Source: a virus (Duplodnaviria > Caudoviricetes). From it: DNA of 52,080 nucleotides. Positions within the stretch are counted from its first letter, which is position 1, and each line of letters opens with the position of its first letter. The DNA lies in the IMG/VR virus record IMGVR_UViG_3300048599_000785, positions 1 through 52,080 of that record. One strand, 5' to 3'. The notes below the pieces were generated by a model. The model was given only the letters and a program-made list of their open reading frames with translations. It did not search any database and was not told the DNA's origin. Positions 46,019-52,080 of the stretch are shown piece after piece. Position numbers and translations under genes: made by a program.

Positions 46019-46603
46019 ATGCCCCGCCCCACCGGCGCCTACGCCTGGCTCAACGCCGAGCCTGGGCCGCGCATGCTGCTGGAAGCGCTGAAGCTATACG
46101 GCGTCGTCGAGACGCCCGGCGCGGCCAACAACCCCACCATCATCGGCTGGGCCAAGGAGCTCGGCGACACCCTGGGCACCGGCTACGCCCGCTGGGCGGC
46201 CAGGTGGTACGACCAGGACGCCATCCCCTGGTGCGGCCTGTTCATGGCCCTGGTGGCGGCCCGCGCCAATCTCGACGGCCGCGCCGACCGCGCCCCGCCG
46301 CGGGAGTATCTGTCGGCCCTGGCCTGGCGCGAGTTCGGCGTCGGCGTGCCCAAGGCCCAGGCCATGCTCGGCGATATCGCGGTGATCGCCCGCACCGGCG
46401 GCGGCCATGTGACCCAGATCGTCGGCGAGGACATGGCGGCCTTCCATTGCGTCGGCGGCAACCAGAACGACGCGGTGACCATCGCCCGCTACGCCAAGAC
46501 CAGCGTGGTCGCCGTCCGCCGCGTCCCCTACCTCAACACCCCGCCCAACGTCCGCAAGGTGCTGCTGCGGCCGACCGGCGGGCTCAGCTCGAAGGTGGTG
46601 TGA
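46019..46603 (+). CDS. Endolysin, TIGR02594 family (NlpC/P60-like)
   Basis: PGAANNPTI, IPWCGLF, GGGHV, GGNQND. Confidence 0.88.
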   Translation: MPRPTGAYAWLNAEPGPRMLLEALKLYGVVETPGAANNPTIIGWAKELGDTLGTGYARWAARWYDQDAIPWCGLFMALVAARANLDGRADRAPPREYLSALAWREFGVGVPKAQAMLGDIAVIARTGGGHVTQIVGEDMAAFHCVGGNQNDAVTIARYAKTSVVAVRRVPYLNTPPNVRKVLLRPTGGLSSKVV

Positions 46604-46606
46604 CCA

Positions 46607-46951
46607 ATGGCGGAATTCTCTACCAAGCTGAGGGTTTGCGGTTCCGGCTACGTCCACTGGTGCGAACCGTGCGGGGAGATCCACGTCCTGCCGACGGGCC
46701 GTGGCTGGACCTACAGCGGCGCCCCTGACCAGCTCACGGCGACGCCTAGCTTCAAACACAGTTGGCGGGCGGGCGGCGCCGAGCCTGGGGACAAGGTCTG
46801 CCACTACATCCTGACCGACGGCGTCCTGCACTACTGCGGCGACAGCACCCACGGCTTTGCAGGTTCGCAAGCGTTGCCCGACCTGCCGGCGGACTATCGG
46901 GATTTCGAAGACCCGCTTCCGCTACCGGAATCGGACCAGCACGCGCGATAG
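46607..46951 (+). CDS. DUF6527-like Zn-binding protein
   Basis: HWCEPC..H, TATPS, CHYILTDG..YCGDSTH. Confidence 0.75.
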   Translation: MAEFSTKLRVCGSGYVHWCEPCGEIHVLPTGRGWTYSGAPDQLTATPSFKHSWRAGGAEPGDKVCHYILTDGVLHYCGDSTHGFAGSQALPDLPADYRDFEDPLPLPESDQHAR

Positions 46952-46961
46952 TAGGCGACCC

Positions 46962-47381
46962 ATGCTCACCTTCGCCCTCGCCGCTGCCATCGCGACGATC
47001 GACTACCCGGCCACCGTGGTGTCCGTGGTCGACGGCGACACCCTGCGCGTGACGGTGGCGGGGTGGCCCGAGCCGTTCGACCCGATCGCCGTGCGGGTGG
47101 TGGGGATCGACACGCCGGAATCGCGGCGGCCGCCGGCCAAATGCGCCGGCGAGGTCCGCCTCGGCCTGCAGGCGAAGGCCTTCGCCAAGGGACTGCTGCA
47201 TCGGGGCGACCGGATCACCGTCCGCTACACCCTGAAGGCCCGCGACAAGTACGGCCGGCTGCTGGCCAGCGTCACCCTACCCGACGGCTCCGACTTCGCC
47301 GGCCGCCAGATCGCCGCCGGCCTGGCCCGCCCCTACGACGGCGGCCGCAAGTCCAGCTGGTGCGGCCCGGCCGCGCCTTAG
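46962..47381 (+). CDS. Thermonuclease (SNase) family protein
   Basis: VVDGDTL, VRVVGIDTPE, DKYGRLLA. Confidence 0.9.
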   Translation: MLTFALAAAIATIDYPATVVSVVDGDTLRVTVAGWPEPFDPIAVRVVGIDTPESRRPPAKCAGEVRLGLQAKAFAKGLLHRGDRITVRYTLKARDKYGRLLASVTLPDGSDFAGRQIAAGLARPYDGGRKSSWCGPAAP

Positions 47382-47459
47382 ACCGCCGCCGACATTCCCC
47401 ATCCTGCCCGCTGCGAGCGCCGCTCGCGGCGGCTTCCGCGCGCGTGAAGGAACCCCGTC

Positions 47460-47756
47460 ATGTCCTACCTGTCCCAGCTGAAGAACAAGCAGATCGGCGC
47501 CAAGACCTTCCTGGCGAAGTCGGTTCGCTACCTGAAGGAAAAGCTCGGCCTGACCGTCTCGGACGCCGCCGTCGACCAGGCCGTCGCCGCGGCCGACCAG
47601 CTGACCGACGCGGTCGAGGCGGCGGTGAAGATCTACCTCGCCGCCACCCTGCCCCAGCTGCCGGCCGTGCTGGCCACCTCGGCGGCGACCACGGTGCTCG
47701 CCCACATCGACGCGGCGATCGCCGGCGCGGGCAACGTCATCAAGGACAACAATTGA
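47460..47756 (+). CDS. Hypothetical protein (possible lysis accessory)
   Basis: AAGGA RBS; coupled to spanin. Confidence 0.7.
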   Translation: MSYLSQLKNKQIGAKTFLAKSVRYLKEKLGLTVSDAAVDQAVAAADQLTDAVEAAVKIYLAATLPQLPAVLATSAATTVLAHIDAAIAGAGNVIKDNN

Positions 47757-48346
47757 TGGCCCGCGCCCTCGCCGGTTTCGTCTCGGCCTTCGCCCTGCTG
47801 TGGGTCGGCCTCGCCGGCGGGGTCTGGTGGGAGCACCGCCCGGCCGGGTGGCCCGACTGGCGGCTGGGCGTCGGGCCGTTCCACTGGACCCTGCGCCTGC
47901 CGGACAGCCTGCAGGCCCGCCTCGACGCCCTGCAGCGCGCCCAGGCAGACGCCGCGCGCCGGGCGGTGGCGGTGGCGCGGGCCCAGGACCGGGTCGCCGC
48001 CGGCGTCGGCCTGCGGCAGCGCCAGGAGGTGGAGCGGATCCGGGTCCAGACCCGCACCCTGATCGAAAGGATCCCCGTCTATGTCACGCCTGAGACCGAC
48101 GCTCGCTTTCCTCTGTCTGACCGCCTTGTGCGGCTGCACGACGCCGCCGCGCGGGGCGTTGAGCTGCCCGCCGTTGCCGACCCCGCCGCCGGAGCTCTTG
48201 ATCCCGCCCCGGACGTCTCAGCTTCGGACCTTGCGGCCGCCGTCGCCGCCAACTACGGCGCCTGCCGCGCCGACGGGACCGAGCTCGCCGGCTGGCAGGG
48301 CTTCTGGCGCGAGGTAGAAGCGGCGCGGGCGGCGGCTACGCCGTGA
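47756..48346 (+). CDS. Rz-like i-spanin
   Basis: N-terminal TM, coiled coil, RIPVYVT..VRLHDAAA..NYGAC. Confidence 0.8.
   Translation: MARALAGFVSAFALLWVGLAGGVWWEHRPAGWPDWRLGVGPFHWTLRLPDSLQARLDALQRAQADAARRAVAVARAQDRVAAGVGLRQRQEVERIRVQTRTLIERIPVYVTPETDARFPLSDRLVRLHDAAARGVELPAVADPAAGALDPAPDVSASDLAAAVAANYGACRADGTELAGWQGFWREVEAARAAATP
48081..48317 (+). CDS. Rz1-like o-spanin lipoprotein nested in Rz
   Basis: Lipobox LCG-C, Pro-rich, +1 frame inside Rz, AAGGA RBS. Confidence 0.78.
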   Translation: MSRLRPTLAFLCLTALCGCTTPPRGALSCPPLPTPPPELLIPPRTSQLRTLRPPSPPTTAPAAPTGPSSPAGRASGAR

Positions 48347-48629
48347 ACCCCCGCAGGACGTCGCGGGCCAGCTCGCGGCGGTCCGGCGGGATCCTCGACC
48401 ACAGCTCGAGGATGGCTGGCGGGTCGGTCGGGCCGCGGTCCAGCAGCACGCCGGCGGTGACGCCCAGCGCCGGACCCAGCAGCCGCAGCCACCGCTCCGA
48501 CAGGCCGCGGCCGCCGTTCTCCAGGTTGCCGATCACCGCCTTGGTCGTTTCCACCCGCTCGGCGAGCTGCTGCTGGGTCAGGCCGCGGTGCAGCCGCCAG
48601 GCGCGGAGGTGGTTGGGCGCCGCCGTCAT
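48336..48629 (-). CDS. XRE-family HTH regulator
   Basis: NHLRAWR..GLTQQQLAERVETTKAVIGNLENG. Confidence 0.88.
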   Translation of the reverse strand: MTAAPNHLRAWRLHRGLTQQQLAERVETTKAVIGNLENGGRGLSERWLRLLGPALGVTAGVLLDRGPTDPPAILELWSRIPPDRRELARDVLRGFTA

Positions 48630-49360
48630 GCCGGCGCGACCTCGTCCTTCTTCCCGCCCCGGCCGACCACCTTCAGCACCCCGTCCGGCAACGGCCGCTG
48701 CAGGTCCTGCACCGCGTCCCAGGGCGCGTCGCTGAGCCAGCGGTCCCATTCGGCGGGCTCGGTCAGGATCACCGGCATGGCCTTGGAATGGTAGGCGCCG
48801 ACGTCGGCGTTCGCGTCCGTGGTCAGGAAGCCGTACAGCTCGCACTCTTCCCAGCCGGTCTTGACCTTCCGCACACAGGCCCACGGCGTCCAGATCCCGG
48901 CGAAGAAGGCGAGCGGGCGGGTGTCGTCGAGGGCGAACCAGATGGTTTCCAGCGACCCGCCGACCTGGTCCGGCTCGCTGAAGCTGGTGAAGGGGACGAG
49001 GCAGCGGTGGGCCGGCCCGAGCCATCTCTGCCAGTGCCGGCTGGAGGTGTTGCGGACGTTGGTCGTCCCCTTGTCGGGCTCCATCTTCAAGAGCTCGGGG
49101 AAGTCGACCGCCTTGCCCTGGGCCCGCTGCCGGTCGGCCCGGCGGGTGGCGGCGTCCAGCAGCGCCTTTTGCGACGACGGCAGGCCCCAGCGCAGGTCGC
49201 GCATCTCCCGCTGGCCGTCCTCGCCGCGCAGCACGACGGGGGCGGCGTAGTCGGGGAAGACGCCCGGCATCGGCGGGGCGTTGCCGTTGCGGTCGCGCCA
49301 GACGCTCGCCAGGCGCGCGGCCTCGGCGCGGGCCCTCATGATCGCATAGAGATTGCACAC
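48626..49360 (-). CDS. SOS response-associated peptidase (SRAP/YedK/HMCES family)
   Basis: N-terminal MCNLY, RCLVPFTSFSE, HSKAMPVIL. Confidence 0.92.
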   Translation of the reverse strand: MCNLYAIMRARAEAARLASVWRDRNGNAPPMPGVFPDYAAPVVLRGEDGQREMRDLRWGLPSSQKALLDAATRRADRQRAQGKAVDFPELLKMEPDKGTTNVRNTSSRHWQRWLGPAHRCLVPFTSFSEPDQVGGSLETIWFALDDTRPLAFFAGIWTPWACVRKVKTGWEECELYGFLTTDANADVGAYHSKAMPVILTEPAEWDRWLSDAPWDAVQDLQRPLPDGVLKVVGRGGKKDEVAPA

Positions 49361-49372
49361 GGCGCGTCTCCC

Positions 49373-49906
49373 CTATCCGTTCGCCGGCCCGCTGTGGGGC
49401 GCGCGGGGCTTCAGCAGCTCCGACTTCCAATAGACCAGACCGCAGCGCGGGCACTTGCCGCGGACCTTGGTGTGGACCTTCAGCACCGAGGTGTTGCCGT
49501 CGCCGGTCCCCTTCCGCTGCAGCATGCCGATCAACTGCAGCGGTTCATAGACCCGCGACACGTCGCAGGTGGTCGAGCCGCATCGGACCAGGATCTTCAC
49601 CTCGGTCCCGACGAAGGTCTGCAGCGGGACGCCCTCGGGGTAGGTGCTGTGGAAGTCCAGATCGCACCGGCCGGCCTGGCAGCGGTAGGTCTTCTGAACC
49701 TCGACCATGTCGTTGTCGCCGAAGCCCAGCGACTTCAGGCGGAGGAGATCGACCCGGACCGTCCGGCTGCACTCCGGCGACCGGCACCGGCCAGTCAGCT
49801 GCTCGCCGCGTGAAAGGTAGCCGTTGGGCGTGCGGATCTCGCGCACCCGATCCCCGACCACCTCCCATCCCGGCGGCACATCCATCGTGGCGCGCCCGGC
49901 TTCCAT
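49373..49906 (-). CDS. Tandem Zn-ribbon protein
   Basis: Four Cys pairs forming two similar modules; start 49906 or 49885. Confidence 0.65.
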   Translation of the reverse strand: MEAGRATMDVPPGWEVVGDRVREIRTPNGYLSRGEQLTGRCRSPECSRTVRVDLLRLKSLGFGDNDMVEVQKTYRCQAGRCDLDFHSTYPEGVPLQTFVGTEVKILVRCGSTTCDVSRVYEPLQLIGMLQRKGTGDGNTSVLKVHTKVRGKCPRCGLVYWKSELLKPRAPHSGPANG

Positions 49907-49928
49907 CTCCGCCTCCCTATCCCGGGGC

Positions 49929-50057
49929 GGGACCGGCGCGCGCCAACGCGCCGATCCGCGAGAGGTCCCTCGCTCGACCCGACCTCGGCCGCCGGCCGGG
50001 GTCGCCGCCCACGCCCGCGAGCGCGGCGGACTCCTATCGAGCCAAGGGGCCTCTCGC
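49929..50057 (+). ncRNA. Candidate structured RNA leader of dam
   Basis: Multi-stem pairing read by eye, including 49958-49977 with 50037-50057, covering the RBS. Confidence 0.5.
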
Positions 50058-50058
50058 A

Positions 50059-50910
50059 ATGGAAAGTTCTCGTAATGTTCTGGTTCCGGTTCCGCCGGCC
50101 GATCCGCCGGCGGCGTGGATCGGGGGCAAGCGCCACCTGGCGCAGAGGATCTGCCGGATCCTCGCGGCCACGCCGCACGACGCCTATGCCGAGCCCTTCG
50201 TGGGCATGGGCGGCGTCTTCCTCCGCCGGGCCCAGCGCCCGCGCGTCGAGGTGATCAACGACGTCGCCGGCGACGTCGCCAACCTCTTCCGCATTCTCCA
50301 GCGCCACCCCGACGCGTTGCTCAAGGAGCTCCGCTGGCGCCCCGCCATGCGCGCCGAGTTCGACCGGCTCAAGGGCGCGCGGCCGCAGGACCTGACCGAC
50401 GTGGAGCGGGCGGCGGCGTTCCTCTACTTGCAGACGCTGGGCTATGCGGGGAAGGTCAAGGGCCGGACGTTCGGCGTCGATCCGACCCAGCCGCACAACT
50501 TCAGCCTCGGCCGCCTCGAGCCCAGGCTGCGGCGGATCCACGACCGCCTCGCCGGCGTGGTGATCGAGCAGCTGGACTGGAGCGAGTTCATCCCGCGCTA
50601 CGACCGGCCGGGCACGCTGTTCTATCTCGACCCGCCCTATTGGGGCTCGGAGGACGACTACGGCTCCGGCCTGTTCGGCCGCGACGACTTCGCCCGCCTG
50701 TCGGCCGTGCTCGAGCACGTCGAGGGCAAGGTGCTGCTGTCCCTCAACGACACCCCCGAGGTGCGAGCGGCGTTCGCATGGGCCGACCTGGTGGGCGTCG
50801 AGACCCGCTACTCCATCGGCGCCGTCGACCGCGGCGCGGCGGTGGCGGAGGTGCTGATCGGGAAGGGGCTGGAGCTGGCGGCGGTGGAGGCGCAGGGGCG
50901 GTTGTTGTGA
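50059..50910 (+). CDS. Dam-like (D12 class) DNA adenine methyltransferase
   Basis: WIGGK, YAEPFVGMG, EVIND, YLDPPY, LSLND. Confidence 0.93.
   Translation: MESSRNVLVPVPPADPPAAWIGGKRHLAQRICRILAATPHDAYAEPFVGMGGVFLRRAQRPRVEVINDVAGDVANLFRILQRHPDALLKELRWRPAMRAEFDRLKGARPQDLTDVERAAAFLYLQTLGYAGKVKGRTFGVDPTQPHNFSLGRLEPRLRRIHDRLAGVVIEQLDWSEFIPRYDRPGTLFYLDPPYWGSEDDYGSGLFGRDDFARLSAVLEHVEGKVLLSLNDTPEVRAAFAWADLVGVETRYSIGAVDRGAAVAEVLIGKGLELAAVEAQGRLL
50066..50080. promoter_or_regulatory. Alphaproteobacterial LexA box GTTC-N7-GTTC
   Basis: GTTCtcgtaatGTTC; upstream of the leftward Zn-ribbon/SRAP/XRE operon. Confidence 0.75.
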
Positions 50911-50997
50911 GGCGCGTTGCCACAATGTTCTGAATTCTACTGACGCGCGAGCCGCGACTCATTACAACGGGAGCGAAGCCGTTCAGGAGATTCACCC

Positions 50998-51453
50998 ATG
51001 ACCTTCGAAGCACGCATCGCCGCGGCGGCGGCCGCAAAGCAAGCGGCCGATGACGCGGCCCTGTCGAACGCCACCGAGGCGGAACGTGCCCAGGCTTTGG
51101 CGCGGAGAAAGCGCGACCGGGCCGAGGCGGCATGGACGGAGATTAGCTTCCAACTCGGTTTCGCCGCGGCCAACGCGAACCAGGAACTGAAGCAGGTTGG
51201 GATTGAGATCGTCCAGGACAGCCGCAAGCAACATGGCGACGTGGGCGCCATGCTTATGCAGGTGCTTAAGGACGGCGAGGCCACTCAGGTTCAGTTCCGC
51301 GTCATCGTCGACGGCGAAGGCGTCGCCAGGCTCAGCTGGGGAGACGGCACGGTCAGCGAGTGGCCCGTCGCCGACACGACCAGCGAGCAAGTTAAGTCGC
51401 TTATCGCCGCCCTTGCGGAAGCCGCGGTCGGGATCCCTCGACCGACGGCCTAA
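50998..51453 (+). CDS. Hypothetical protein (moron-like)
   Basis: AGGAG RBS, own AT-rich upstream region, lower GC. Confidence 0.7.
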   Translation: MTFEARIAAAAAAKQAADDAALSNATEAERAQALARRKRDRAEAAWTEISFQLGFAAANANQELKQVGIEIVQDSRKQHGDVGAMLMQVLKDGEATQVQFRVIVDGEGVARLSWGDGTVSEWPVADTTSEQVKSLIAALAEAAVGIPRPTA

Positions 51454-51460
51454 GCCGTGT

Positions 51461-51496
51461 GGCCGGCCGGTTTGCCGTTGTTACAGGCGGCCGGCC
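51461..51496. terminator. Inverted repeat after last phage gene
   Basis: GGCCGGCCG..CGGCCGGCC. Confidence 0.4.
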
Positions 51497-51529
51497 TTCC
51501 CCGCCTTGAATGGCCTAAGCTTTCGACCC

Positions 51530-51576
51530 GACTACGAATCTGAGGGTCGGACGTTCGAATCGTTCCGGGCGCGCCA
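51530..51576 (+). repeat. attR core: 3' half of tRNA-Arg(ACG)
   Basis: GACTACGAATCTGAGGGTCGGACGTTCGAATCGTTCCGGGCGCGCCA (anticodon loop, T arm, CCA); 5' half absent. Confidence 0.88.
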
Positions 51577-52080
51577 TTTCGGTTCAAAGGCACGAACGCC
51601 TAGCACCGCCGCCTCTACGCCAGAGGCGGCGGTTAGCGTTCGGAGCAATTCGCTCCGCAGTCCACGGATACGAACCTCTTTCCGGCTCACGACTTCCACG
51701 CGCTGCGCGACCGCCCGCACCTGATCGCGGGCAAACGTCCCGTCTCCATTGCGTAGCTTCTTGCGAAGGGCGGCCGCGAACGCACGCAGGCTCTCGGGCG
51801 TGATCGCCGGGCCGATCTTCACGATATGCGCCAAGGCGCGCTCGGAATCGCCCTTGGCTTGGTCCCGCGTCGCGGTCAGCTCGGCAATGCGATCTTTCAG
51901 CGAAGGGTCGCTCACGTCGATCACCCCGTTCTCAATCGCGTCATAGAGGCGCTTGAGCTTGGCTTCCGCCTCGGTCGCCCGCCGCTCAAGATCGGCGACA
52001 TGCTCGCGGCGCTGGTTGACCCACTCGTCGCGGCGTTCGAGGATCTGATCCATCAGAGCTTCGAGCCGTGCCGGGTCGAG
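51532..52080 (-). CDS. Large serine recombinase, C-terminal part (adjacent second element)
   Basis: Coiled coil LKRLYDAIENG.., EVRIRG..ELLRTL; C-terminus KWRARNDSNVRPSDS reads through the tRNA antisense; ORF runs off the window. Confidence 0.8.
   Translation of the reverse strand, partial: LDPARLEALMDQILERRDEWVNQRREHVADLERRATEAEAKLKRLYDAIENGVIDVSDPSLKDRIAELTATRDQAKGDSERALAHIVKIGPAITPESLRAFAAALRKKLRNGDGTFARDQVRAVAQRVEVVSRKEVRIRGLRSELLRTLTAASGVEAAVLGVRAFEPKWRARNDSNVRPSDS

Larger units (their letters stand above)
1..51576. mobile_element. Temperate prophage (lambda-like head, P2-like contractile tail) integrated at tRNA-Arg(ACG)
   Basis: Complete ordered module set from integrase to lysis; right end marked by a tRNA-Arg 3' fragment; attL expected just left of position 1. 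Confidence 0.95.

Noticed and set aside
51500-51576. Intact tRNA-Arg gene
   Set aside because: The 5' acceptor strand and D arm are missing and the upstream CCCGA cannot fully pair with TCTGA; treated as att core
1-52080. CRISPR array or diversity-generating retroelement
   Set aside because: No regularly spaced repeat-spacer units, no reverse transcriptase, and no adenine-variant template/variable repeat pair seen

Overview
The window is an apparently complete ~51.5 kb temperate prophage from a very GC-rich alphaproteobacterium. A Caulobacteraceae-like host is inferred from a GTTC-N7-GTTC LexA box, CtrA/GcrA-like domains and the tRNA-Arg sequence. Left to right it carries: tyrosine integrase and excisionase, an early-left operon with a large orphan ParB protein, an immunity region (lipoprotein, CI, Cro), and an early-right operon (DGQHR ParB-fold protein, GcrA-like and CtrA-like HTH proteins, adenine MTase, primase, D5 helicase). 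These are followed by a NusG-like antiterminator, a cos-like site, a lambda-like head, a P2-like contractile tail, a second fibre/appendage module, a GH26 glycanase, the lysis cassette, an SOS-type SRAP cassette and Dam. attR is the 3' half of tRNA-Arg(ACG), followed by the C-terminal part of a large serine recombinase from a second element. The most striking unexplained signal is a 17-bp palindrome, TGCGAGCG(G/C)CGCTCGCA, found about 14 times at 2-6.6 kb intervals across the prophage, including inside the orphan parB gene. This suggests a KorB/Noc-like ParB clamp system coating a phage genome (hypothesis). Other highlights are a pentanucleotide repeat that frameshifts or fuses two HTH genes, a structured RNA leader over the dam RBS next to a LexA box, and secreted glycanase and nuclease genes in the lysis region. 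All family assignments come from motif recognition by eye; no searches were run.
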